Origin: a virus
Length of the DNA stretch: 64,000 bases
Reading direction: 5' to 3' (one strand)
IMG/VR virus record: IMGVR_UViG_3300050821_010655
Location: 1 to 64,000 of that record
Below are positions 1 to 7,959 of this stretch, in pieces. Positions within the stretch are counted from its first letter, which is position 1; each line of letters begins with the position of its first letter. Under the pieces are notes generated by a model. It made no database searches, was not told where the DNA came from, and worked only from the letters and a program-made list of their open reading frames with translations. The translations under genes were made by a program, and so were the position numbers.

Positions 1-2
1 CG

Positions 3-258
3 CGCCCACGGAGGAAAAGAAATGAGATGGCAACGACCAACTGCGGCACAAACGACCGTTCGGCTTGTGGAACTTGATGCGTGGAATGTCGCGCACCCGA
101 TTGGAACAGCGGTCGAAGTCACTCGCGACGATGGAAGTCTTTTTGAAAGCAAAACTCGGAGCGCCGCTTGGCTGATTGGTTCTGTGCCAGTTGTGCAAGT
201 CGAGGGCATTTCGGGTTGCTACGCTCTAAGCCGAGTTCACACGCCCACGGAGGAAAAG
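3..258 (+). repeat. 17-bp direct repeat CGCCCACGGAGGAAAAG (3-19 and 242-258), each copy holding the RBS of the next gene
   Basis: Exact match read from the sequence; each copy contains GGAGG and precedes an ATG (22, 267). Confidence 0.85.
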
Positions 259-270
259 CCGACGCCATGA
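22..270 (+). CDS. small phage hypothetical protein
   Basis: GGAGG RBS; ATGA overlap with the next gene. Confidence 0.65.
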   Translation: MRWQRPTAAQTTVRLVELDAWNVAHPIGTAVEVTRDDGSLFESKTRSAAWLIGSVPVVQVEGISGCYALSRVHTPTEEKPTP

Positions 271-785
271 GTTACCGCATCATTGGATTCACCGGCACCC
301 GTCACGGCTGCACCTTTGCCCAATTATTGGGATTGGGTGAGGTCATTGAAGAATTAAAACCCAAAGAAACGCATTCGGGCGATTGCGTTGGGGCCGACTT
401 GGAGTTTATCAAAAAGATTGAGGAATATGAGTTGGACAACAACCACTCGGTCTATACCGTTAGCCACCCGCCAATCAATAGCAGTCTGCGAGCCGAATAT
501 CGCTATAACCATCAATGCCAGCCACGTCCTTATTTGGACCGCAACAAAGACATTGTGGACTCGTGCGATCTGCTGATTGCCTGTCCGCACACCAAGGAAG
601 AAGGCGCAGGCGGCACCTGGCACACCGTGCGGTATGCCCGCAAGCAAAAGAAGCCCATCATCATTATTTACCCTGACGGAGCCTATGTTATCGATCCGCT
701 GGAGGACGAGACTTCTGAAGTGACCAAGGAACAATGGCAATATCTGCTGAAACAAACACAAACAACCAAAGGAAAAACCACATAA
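267..785 (+). CDS. SLOG-superfamily (DprA/YspA-like) nucleotide-binding protein
   Basis: IGFTGTRHG, HSGDCVGAD, RNKDIVDSCDLLIA and GGTWHTVRYA motifs; start placed at ATG 267 after GGAGG. Confidence 0.75.
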   Translation: MSYRIIGFTGTRHGCTFAQLLGLGEVIEELKPKETHSGDCVGADLEFIKKIEEYELDNNHSVYTVSHPPINSSLRAEYRYNHQCQPRPYLDRNKDIVDSCDLLIACPHTKEEGAGGTWHTVRYARKQKKPIIIIYPDGAYVIDPLEDETSEVTKEQWQYLLKQTQTTKGKTT

Positions 786-1739
786 ATGAAAGCCAAGACA
801 ATCAATGCAATCCTGTGCAAGAAGTTCGACAACTTTTTAGAGTCAATCGAAGATTCCGCCGTTAAAGAGGTGCTGAACAAAAACAGCATTATCACCGGGG
901 GTTCAATCGTCTCCATGCTGCTCAATCAGAACGTAAATGATTACGACATCTATCTTCGCACCGAGGAAGCGGCTCTGGCGGTCGCCAAATATTACGTGGA
1001 TCAATTCAAGAAAAACCCACCCACAACCTTCAAGGGCAGCAACGGCGCGAACGTGGTCGAAATCACCGTGGAGTCCAAACCAAGGGTAAGAATCAAAATC
1101 AAGTCGGCTGGCATTGCGGGTGAGCAGGGCGCGGATAACTACCAGTACTTTGAACAAATACCCGATGCCGAAACCGCAGGGTCCGAAGCCGAAGAATTTG
1201 TTTCTCGCGCCACCGGACACGCTACTGCGCTGGACGAAGAACCTGCCGCCAAGTTGGAGAAAGAAGAGGGCAAGAAATACCGTCCGGTGTTCATCACAGA
1301 CAACGCCATTACACTCTCTAACAAAATCCAGATCGTGATTCGGTTTTATGGCGAGGTGGAGGAGATTCACAAGAATTACGATTTTTGTCATTGTACGTGC
1401 GCGTGGTCATCATGGGACAGGAAACTTACCCTGCGCCAAGACGCCTTAGAATCCATCTTGGCAAAGGAGTTGCGCTATATGGGGAGTCTCTACCCGATTT
1501 GCTCAGTCATTCGCACCCGCAAGTTCCTCGCCCAAGGTTGGACCATTAACGCCGGTCAGTATCTCAAGATGTGCTGGCAAATCAGCAAACTGGATTTAAC
1601 AGACATAAATGTGCTGATCGATCAGCTTGTCGGCGTCGATGCGGCTTATTGGGGTCACGTTATAGAGGCGCTAAGAAAAACCGATCTTAAGACTGTGGAT
1701 TCCACTTACATTGCGACGATTATTGACAAAATATTCTGA
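786..1739 (+). CDS. Pol-beta-superfamily nucleotidyltransferase-like phage protein
   Basis: ITGGSIVSMLL...NDYDIY (GG/GS...DxD) plus a downstream YDFCH motif. Confidence 0.6.
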   Translation: MKAKTINAILCKKFDNFLESIEDSAVKEVLNKNSIITGGSIVSMLLNQNVNDYDIYLRTEEAALAVAKYYVDQFKKNPPTTFKGSNGANVVEITVESKPRVRIKIKSAGIAGEQGADNYQYFEQIPDAETAGSEAEEFVSRATGHATALDEEPAAKLEKEEGKKYRPVFITDNAITLSNKIQIVIRFYGEVEEIHKNYDFCHCTCAWSSWDRKLTLRQDALESILAKELRYMGSLYPICSVIRTRKFLAQGWTINAGQYLKMCWQISKLDLTDINVLIDQLVGVDAAYWGHVIEALRKTDLKTVDSTYIATIIDKIF

Positions 1740-1752
1740 TCGCTGCTATCTT
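1723..1752 (+). promoter_or_regulatory. sigma70-type promoter TTGACA-N18-TATCTT with extended TG
   Basis: TTGACA at 1723-1728; TGcTATCTT at 1744-1752. Confidence 0.6.
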
Positions 1753-1873
1753 GTTCCTGCTTAGACACTGTGAAAACAGTTCAACCAAATTTGCCCCGCC
1801 TGCGGGCCGGACGTTCCGGCACTCGCCTTAACACAGCGTCTAAGCACCGTGAGGCGGGCGATTTCGGGAACAA
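1751..1873 (+). ncRNA. C4/CI-like antisense leader RNA upstream of the GIY-YIG gene
   Basis: 1758-1772 is complementary to 1832-1846 (one mismatch); enclosing stem about 1791-1805/1847-1861; internal hairpin GCCGGA-CGT-TCCGGC. Confidence 0.5.
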
Positions 1874-1875
1874 AA

Positions 1876-2562
1876 ATGTATTCCATTTACACCATCACAA
1901 ATCGGATTAATGACAAACAGTACGTTGGAATTACTAAAAACCCAGAACAAAGATGGAAATGGCACAGGTGTGCAAGACGAAACTACAGAGATAATGATCG
2001 CCCTCTGTATCGAGCAATAGCCAAATATGGAATTTCAAATTTCAGGTTTAAGATTATTAAAAAAGCCCGCACACTTAATCTGGCAAACGCTTTGGAAATA
2101 AAAATGATTAAAGAATTGGACACATTTAGAAATGGGTATAATGCCACTACTGGCGGAGATGGATCTTCTGGGTGTCCTGCAACTCCTGAACGAAAACTTA
2201 AAATTTCATTGTCTAAAATTGGGAAACCACGTTCCCCTGAAACAATTGAAAAAATGCGTACTGCTGCTACTGGCCGCCCATGCCCAGAACATGTCAAAGC
2301 ATACTTTCGTAAACTTTACAAAAATCGTTATGTATCCCCTGAAACCAGAATTAAACTCTCCCGCATTAACAAAGGCAGGCATTGGCCACTGGAAATGCGA
2401 AAGCGAATCAGTGCCACACTAACAGGCAGAAAACTACCATTAAAAGTTAGACTTAAAATAGGACACGCCAACACTGGTCAAAAACGATCCAAAGAAGCCA
2501 GAAAAAAGATGTCCATAGCAGCAACATTGAGAGAAAAATCAAAAAGATTGTTACGTCATTAA
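1876..2562 (+). CDS. GIY-YIG homing endonuclease with NUMOD3-like repeats
   Basis: SIYTITN...YVGIT, R..WH, ALE, NGYN motifs; repeated S.ET..K(M/I)S units; AT-rich relative to flanks. Confidence 0.9.
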   Translation: MYSIYTITNRINDKQYVGITKNPEQRWKWHRCARRNYRDNDRPLYRAIAKYGISNFRFKIIKKARTLNLANALEIKMIKELDTFRNGYNATTGGDGSSGCPATPERKLKISLSKIGKPRSPETIEKMRTAATGRPCPEHVKAYFRKLYKNRYVSPETRIKLSRINKGRHWPLEMRKRISATLTGRKLPLKVRLKIGHANTGQKRSKEARKKMSIAATLREKSKRLLRH

Positions 2563-2583
2563 ACCGCAAACGAAAGGAACCAC

Positions 2584-2733
2584 ATGAACCACCTCCGCAA
2601 ACACTGGGCATTTTACGCCGTCCTGATTCTGGGACCAACTCTGTGCCTCACATTAGGAACGCAAGGAAGGCTCCCCGCTTTTACCCTGCTCACTGGCTGG
2701 CTGTTGGGCAGGCATTTTGGAAACCCCACATGA
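2584..2733 (+). CDS. 49-aa membrane protein (not in ORF track)
   Basis: GAAAGGA RBS; translates to MNHLRKHWAFYAVLILGPTLCLTLG...; stop at 2731-2733. Confidence 0.55.
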   Translation: MNHLRKHWAFYAVLILGPTLCLTLGTQGRLPAFTLLTGWLLGRHFGNPT

Positions 2734-2739
2734 TGCGCC

Positions 2740-2970
2740 ATGCCTTCCCCCGCCGCTTACTATCGGCATTACCGCAAGCACAACCACACCGGACGGCGCT
2801 GCCCCTGCGGACGACCGATGATAGCCTGCAAGGCGAGCGTGCCGATCTGTCAACACTGTCTGGAAATAGAAAATTCCAAGTGGTGGCACAACAATATGGA
2901 GGGCATGCCTGAGCCGGTGCTGGGCGAAATGGAACCGTTTAAAATCCACTGCAATATCGAAAACTTATGA
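2740..2970 (+). CDS. small zinc-finger protein
   Basis: CPC...CQHC; overlaps the next start codon. Confidence 0.5.
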   Translation: MPSPAAYYRHYRKHNHTGRRCPCGRPMIACKASVPICQHCLEIENSKWWHNNMEGMPEPVLGEMEPFKIHCNIENL

Positions 2971-3563
2971 TTGAATTTAGCATTGACATCAAAATCCTGA
3001 GAGCCATGAGCCACCTGTGCGGCACCGACGAGTCGCGCTATGTGTTAATGGGATTACTGGTTGAACTGGCGGACGACATAAAGGTGGTCGCCACCGACGG
3101 CAGGCGGTTGGGTGTCTATCGAATCAACACAAAGCCGGAAGCAAAAGGACGGTTTGTCTTTCCCACCTACTGGTTGCCGTGGGTTAAACCACCAACTATT
3201 CCAACCCTCATAAAAGTGGATGGTGAGAAATTTACTGTCTATGATCTGAATAATAACTGCGACATCACAGGAAACCTGATTGACGTGCAGTATCCCAAGT
3301 GGGATCAAGTAATCCCCCAAGGCGCAACCTCGCAGGTAGGGCAAATCAATTTCTCCACTTTTTTAGCCGAAGGATTCTTAAAGGTTGCTGAAACACTTGG
3401 CGGCAACTCTCATGTCTGTATCTACCCGCATGGAAAGGGTCAGCAATTCTCCATCCATATCCCCGACCACCCCAACTTCTATGGCACATTGATGGGGCTT
3501 AGAAATTCTGACGACCCACACACCATTCCCAACTGGCTTCAACCCAAAACCCAAAATGTTTAA
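2967..3563 (+). CDS. DNA polymerase III beta-clamp-like protein (two-domain, lacks N-terminal domain)
   Basis: ESRYVLMG, VVATDGRRL and YPKWDQVIP match DnaN central-domain motifs. Confidence 0.7.
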   Translation: MIEFSIDIKILRAMSHLCGTDESRYVLMGLLVELADDIKVVATDGRRLGVYRINTKPEAKGRFVFPTYWLPWVKPPTIPTLIKVDGEKFTVYDLNNNCDITGNLIDVQYPKWDQVIPQGATSQVGQINFSTFLAEGFLKVAETLGGNSHVCIYPHGKGQQFSIHIPDHPNFYGTLMGLRNSDDPHTIPNWLQPKTQNV

Positions 3564-4011
3564 ACACACTTGCACACACTACACTGGCGGACTGGACGAC
3601 CTGCGTTGCGAGGCGGGCGTGGAGTACGCCTCAGTCACACCCCACCCCAACGCTAAAGGCAGCGCCTACCGCAAGCCCTGCATCCTGTGGGACAAGACAG
3701 GTCGCCCAATGTCAGAGTTCCAAAAGCAAGAGTGGTCCAAGCGCGGACACTGCCCCAAGTTCAAGCTGCCGACTGAACAAGAGACGGCTGAGTTTGAGGT
3801 TCAGACCACCAACTTGATCATGCGGCTCAACAAGGCTCAGCCACTCATCAGCCAGGTCCAGCGCGAGCACAAGGGAGAGTGCTGGCAGGGCGTCTTTGAC
3901 TGTCCGGCTTGCGGGGCCAGCCAGAGTCTTGTGCTGGGCGTGGCGAGCAATGGGCATACGCACGGGCGGTGCAAGAGTGGTGGCGGGGAATGTTTGAATT
4001 GGATCGACTGA
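3556..4011 (+). CDS. Cys-rich hypothetical protein
   Basis: CTHY..C..C..C and CPAC...H...C..C; coupled to neighbours. Confidence 0.6.
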   Translation: MFKHTCTHYTGGLDDLRCEAGVEYASVTPHPNAKGSAYRKPCILWDKTGRPMSEFQKQEWSKRGHCPKFKLPTEQETAEFEVQTTNLIMRLNKAQPLISQVQREHKGECWQGVFDCPACGASQSLVLGVASNGHTHGRCKSGGGECLNWID

Positions 4012-4412
4012 TGAAAACCACCCCACCCAACCAATACCGCCGCCGAGGGATCGAAATGGGACGCTGGTATTCCGACGATAGTTACGGCATGAACGGCGCG
4101 TTCTCCATACCGCTCAACGGCTTTGGGCACAAGGTGGTCGCCAACTGCATTGTGTCGGACGGACGATGTGAGGATGAAGCACCTGCCTTTGCTGGCTGGG
4201 AGCATGTGTCGGTCCATATGGTGGAGTTTGGGAAGCAGAAAACCCCAACGTGGGACCAGATGTGCGTGGTCAAAGATATGTTTTGGGAGCCGGAGGAATG
4301 TTGCGTGCAATATCACCCTGCTAAGTCTCAATACGTTTGCGATCACGATCATGTGCTTCACATCTGGAAATGGCGCGACGGCTTTCCGACGCCGCCAATA
4401 ATTCTTGTATGA
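4011..4412 (+). CDS. conserved phage protein (WEHVSV / PTW..MC..K..FW family)
   Basis: GWEHVSV, PTWDQMCVVKDMFW, QYHP and HVLHIW motifs common in phages. Confidence 0.75.
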   Translation: MKTTPPNQYRRRGIEMGRWYSDDSYGMNGAFSIPLNGFGHKVVANCIVSDGRCEDEAPAFAGWEHVSVHMVEFGKQKTPTWDQMCVVKDMFWEPEECCVQYHPAKSQYVCDHDHVLHIWKWRDGFPTPPIILV

Positions 4413-4801
4413 AAACTCTACACAAAATAAATGACCGATACGTCGCTCTCGCCATGAAACAGTATGGCAGCAGTTTTGTCATGCGACTTGGCGATGCCGT
4501 ACTGCACGCGGACTCCGAGAATCTTCAAATCATTAAAAATTCCTTTCCGACTATTCGGAAATTTTACACCAAGGCGGTTCAGCAGGACTTGATTGAATTC
4601 GCCGCCAAGAAACTACACATCGCAAACTTTGATACTCCATTCAGTATCCCAAATCCACCACCTGATGGAGAAAACCCATCCACTGTTGGCGTGGGAACAG
4701 TGTTCAAGAATTGCAATGTGTGTAGACGATCATTAAGAAGGCGGGATGAATTCGCGGCAGGCATGTGCGCGATCTGTGCCAACGAGGAGATACCTGAATA
4801 A
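4409..4801 (+). CDS. hypothetical protein with C-terminal zinc finger
   Basis: ATGA coupling; CNVC...CAIC. Confidence 0.6.
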   Translation: MKTLHKINDRYVALAMKQYGSSFVMRLGDAVLHADSENLQIIKNSFPTIRKFYTKAVQQDLIEFAAKKLHIANFDTPFSIPNPPPDGENPSTVGVGTVFKNCNVCRRSLRRRDEFAAGMCAICANEEIPE

Positions 4802-4826
4802 CTAAATGCTATATTACTCGTGACTT

Positions 4827-5102
4827 ATGAAGAAGATAATCTTTACCATCATTTACATGCTGCCGGGAATCGTTCTTTTTATCAGCTACAAACCGAGATG
4901 GGGGAAAACTGTTTGGCACCTTCTTGTGGGTTGTATCTTATGGCCTTTTATATTGTTTCCACCTATAGAGTGGTGGAGGCAACTGATAAAGCAACGTAGA
5001 TTTCCTCCAGTGCCTCCAAAACGACCCAAGATTGGCGAGTGGCATCCAGATAGCTTTTGTCCACCAAAGCCACATCGGAATGGAAACAACCAATATCCAT
5101 GA
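4827..5102 (+). CDS. small two-TM membrane protein
   Basis: Two hydrophobic stretches. Confidence 0.5.
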   Translation: MKKIIFTIIYMLPGIVLFISYKPRWGKTVWHLLVGCILWPFILFPPIEWWRQLIKQRRFPPVPPKRPKIGEWHPDSFCPPKPHRNGNNQYP

Positions 5103-5238
5103 ATTTGTGAGCCGCTGTTGCCATGTAGGGTTGTCGCTTGAACCGCTGTGTAAGGTTTGCTGTGGGGGTTGTGGAAAGCACGAACCCGATCCACTGCACA
5201 TTTCTAAGATGAATAAACACCAGAAAGGAACTCCGTGA
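5080..5238 (+). CDS. small Cys-rich protein
   Basis: SRCC...CCGGC; overlaps both neighbours. Confidence 0.4.
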   Translation: METTNIHEFVSRCCHVGLSLEPLCKVCCGGCGKHEPDPLHISKMNKHQKGTP

Positions 5239-5621
5239 AACAAAAACTTGTTTGGAGATTTTGGTGCGAGCATTGCCACAAAGGCGGGTGCGGCAAGTGG
5301 CAGATGGAGCGCCACGAAAAGCATTGCACGCTCAACCCCAACCGCGAGTGCCGCATGTGTGGCGATAGAGGGCGAGACTATGCTCAATTAGCTCAAGAGC
5401 TTTCCAAGTATTCCAGGAATTACTCGTTTGACGAAGATCACTGTTCTATTAGCAAGAAAGGAGTCGATTGGTTACGCAAGGAGTTGGATGGGTGCCCTGC
5501 CTGCATGCTGGCGGTCCTGCGAATGGGCAAGATGTGGAATAACGATTGGCAGTACAAAACAGAACATGAGGCGTGGTGGACCGAGCGCAACTCTGAATAC
5601 CTAGAAAACGCAGGATACTAA
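5235..5621 (+). CDS. zinc-binding hypothetical protein
   Basis: CEHC...HEKHC..NPNRECRMC...GCPAC; GAAAGGA RBS. Confidence 0.65.
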   Translation: MKQKLVWRFWCEHCHKGGCGKWQMERHEKHCTLNPNRECRMCGDRGRDYAQLAQELSKYSRNYSFDEDHCSISKKGVDWLRKELDGCPACMLAVLRMGKMWNNDWQYKTEHEAWWTERNSEYLENAGY

Positions 5622-5818
5622 TGAAAAGAAATAATACAATCAAACCTAATCTGACAAAAACAAAAATAGTAGTTGATTCCGCGGTCAATTGCATTTGGCT
5701 GAAGATCAGTTTGCAAAATAACAGCCAAGTAAATGTGATGTTATGGACCAATGAAGTTGATAAGCTAGTCGAAGTTTTGAAAAAAACTCTGGCACATTGT
5801 GGACATTGGACAATATGA
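5621..5818 (+). CDS. hypothetical protein
   Basis: TAATG coupling. Confidence 0.45.
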   Translation: MKRNNTIKPNLTKTKIVVDSAVNCIWLKISLQNNSQVNVMLWTNEVDKLVEVLKKTLAHCGHWTI

Positions 5819-6072
5819 ACGAAGAACCCGATCCCCTTAAAACCGTTGGCAATGCCCGCCTCTGTGCTTGGGCGACCTCCGAGTGCTCCTGCCGTATCCA
5901 ATCCCGTGACCCGGCGCTGACCAAGAAGTTGAAACGCCTGCCCGACTGCACTCAAGTTGGCTACAGCGTCACCAAAGGCTATCTGCGCCTCTTTGCCATG
6001 CCCTACCACCTGAACTGGGTAGAGTTGAATGTAGTGAATCGACTGCTGGCCGAGAACCCCTCAATTTCCTAG
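5815..6072 (+). CDS. hypothetical protein
   Basis: ATGA coupling at 5815. Confidence 0.5.
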   Translation: MNEEPDPLKTVGNARLCAWATSECSCRIQSRDPALTKKLKRLPDCTQVGYSVTKGYLRLFAMPYHLNWVELNVVNRLLAENPSIS

Positions 6073-6121
6073 GAAAAACGAAGGTCTTAAACCCCAAATT
6101 GCCCCACACCAAGCCCAAACC

Positions 6122-6535
6122 ATGAAAACCTACCTGACTGCCTTCCTGTTCGCCCTCGCCCTTCCCGCCCTCTCGCAACCCCTCCCCGGCTACCTCCAAC
6201 AAGCCAAGCGAGTGAGTGTCAGTGGCACGGTTACCGCCGTCAACGCCAGCCAAATTGTGGTGAGCAATGCCGTGACCAGCCTCAGCCAGGGATCGACCAC
6301 GACCTTCAGGCGGGTGAATGGCAGGCTAACTCCTGTGGAGGTGCCGGGAAGGCCGGTCGCGGTCACAACGCCGTGCTATACATATTTACGAGGTTACCCT
6401 GCTTGGACCCAGGTAAAGGTTGGCGACAAGATGAGCATCTCGGATTACTGCTATTTGGTCGGGGAGGGCGGGGGCGTACGAACTGTTCAGTACTGGGTGA
6501 CGACCAATGTGGTGCCGAGGAAGGTGTGGCGCTAA
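6122..6535 (+). CDS. secreted protein with signal peptide
   Basis: MKTYLTAFLFALALPALS-Q signal; last gene of the + arm, converging with the - arm. Confidence 0.65.
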   Translation: MKTYLTAFLFALALPALSQPLPGYLQQAKRVSVSGTVTAVNASQIVVSNAVTSLSQGSTTTFRRVNGRLTPVEVPGRPVAVTTPCYTYLRGYPAWTQVKVGDKMSISDYCYLVGEGGGVRTVQYWVTTNVVPRKVWR

Positions 6536-6996
6536 CCGCCATTCAGCCCAAGCGTAGCCTTAGCCAAGTCCAGCACCCAAAGGGCGTCCGCCTGATCGTG
6601 GCTCTCAATCTGAACCTTGGGCCATTTCTTCCTTGCCGCCGAAATCATCTTGTCCTTATTGGCGTTGCCTTTGCCAGTCGCCTGCTTCTTTACCTCGCTG
6701 GGTGAGAACCCGCGATATTCAATATGGTTGTCCTCGGCCCATAACTTTATTACTCCCTGAATTTCACTTTGAACCACTAGCGCACCGGCTGTCATTGGTC
6801 CTGAAAATCGGGCTGCTTCAAAGACACACAGTTCAAATGGACAGTCTTTAAGCAATTCGGTGAGCTTGCCCCTCAATCGAATCAACTTCATTCCCTTGGA
6901 CTCATCTCGACGAGTGGATAGATCCCAAGTGCCAGAGATGCCGCAGGAGTGGGCGAAACCGCAGTGAGTTGCAGGGTCAAGAGCTAATATATTCAC
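6532..6996 (-). CDS. RuvC-like Holliday junction resolvase
   Basis: ILALDPA, VFE, PSEVKKQATGKGNANK, HDQADAL. Confidence 0.85.
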   Translation of the reverse strand: MNILALDPATHCGFAHSCGISGTWDLSTRRDESKGMKLIRLRGKLTELLKDCPFELCVFEAARFSGPMTAGALVVQSEIQGVIKLWAEDNHIEYRGFSPSEVKKQATGKGNANKDKMISAARKKWPKVQIESHDQADALWVLDLAKATLGLNGG

Positions 6997-7202
6997 TTGC
7001 CGTTCGCCTTCTTCTTAATCTGGTTTTGCAATCGTTGATACTTCGCTTTCCACTTCCGATGGTACGCACAAAACGACGTGTGTTCATCCTGCGGTTTGCC
7101 GCAAAGAATGCACCCGCCCTTAGCCTTCTGCCGCAACTGCCACCTGGCTTGGCGGGAAATCTTAAGGTCGCTGAACTCATCTTTAATTTGCGTCGTAGCC
7201 AT
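6993..7202 (-). CDS. small zinc-finger protein
   Basis: CILCG...CAYH; start re-placed at ATG 7202 just downstream of a promoter. Confidence 0.55.
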   Translation of the reverse strand: MATTQIKDEFSDLKISRQARWQLRQKAKGGCILCGKPQDEHTSFCAYHRKWKAKYQRLQNQIKKKANGK

Positions 7203-7208
7203 GTGGTT

Positions 7209-7238
7209 AAGATAACAGGAAGTCAAGCATGGAGTCAA
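7209..7238 (-). promoter_or_regulatory. promoter TTGACT-N18-TATCTT giving a near-leaderless transcript
   Basis: Minus strand TGTATTGACT...TGtTATCTT-aaccac-ATG. Confidence 0.55.
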
Positions 7239-7252
7239 TACAACTCTACGAT

Positions 7253-7738
7253 TTAAAACTGGTTCCACTTTCCATGTTCGCAAATCCATCCATGTTCTCG
7301 CGCTACTTGGGGAAAGGCATGAATTGCTCTATGTCCAATTTTACTAATTGCCCGCCAGCGCGTCTGGTCCATCAATAGTTTCCCAAGCCTGCCTGCGCTG
7401 TGATGAATCTCATTAAGTCGTTTGCTCTTTTTACGACCACTACTGTAAGTAAGCATTGCCTGCATCTCCTTGGGCAGTTGGTCAAATTTGGCAAACACCG
7501 GACACGTCTCGCCTCGTGCTCTCGCTGCTTTCACAAATGACCTAGCGGCTTCCCGATACTCAGCATTGATTGGCTTGCGCCGTCGGCTCTCTCGGGGAAT
7601 TCTTTTGGCTGCATGTTCTTTGGCGCGGCGTTCATTTGCCTCACGGGTAAGGATGGGAATAAATGGTTGAGGTTTCTTGTGTTTCATCTGAGTCCAAAGA
7701 GCAGGCTTACTCCTTTTGGTATAGCCATACAAACTCAC
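7253..7738 (-). CDS. degenerate HNH-like protein
   Basis: EIHHSAGRLG..L.D..RW.AI...GH..IH pattern with the Cys ligands eroded. Confidence 0.5.
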   Translation of the reverse strand: MSLYGYTKRSKPALWTQMKHKKPQPFIPILTREANERRAKEHAAKRIPRESRRRKPINAEYREAARSFVKAARARGETCPVFAKFDQLPKEMQAMLTYSSGRKKSKRLNEIHHSAGRLGKLLMDQTRWRAISKIGHRAIHAFPQVAREHGWICEHGKWNQF

Positions 7739-7959
7739 TTCCTACGCCCCTTCTTCATTGGAGCCATATACTCCACCACCCTGACCTCGCGCCCGCGCTT
7801 GTCTCTCCAAAACTTGCAATGTTCCTCAACCTTGCCGTGATACTGGGCATGGCGCGGACCGGCCAGGACGCCCCGCTCGGTCCACTGGCAGATGAAGGTT
7901 TGCTTGCCCGCTTTGTCTGGGGACGACTGAAGGGTGAGGGTGACGGTGTTTGGGTTCAT
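7735..7959 (-). CDS. hypothetical protein
   Basis: Coupled overlaps on both sides. Confidence 0.5.
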   Translation of the reverse strand: MNPNTVTLTLQSSPDKAGKQTFICQWTERGVLAGPRHAQYHGKVEEHCKFWRDKRGREVRVVEYMAPMKKGRRK

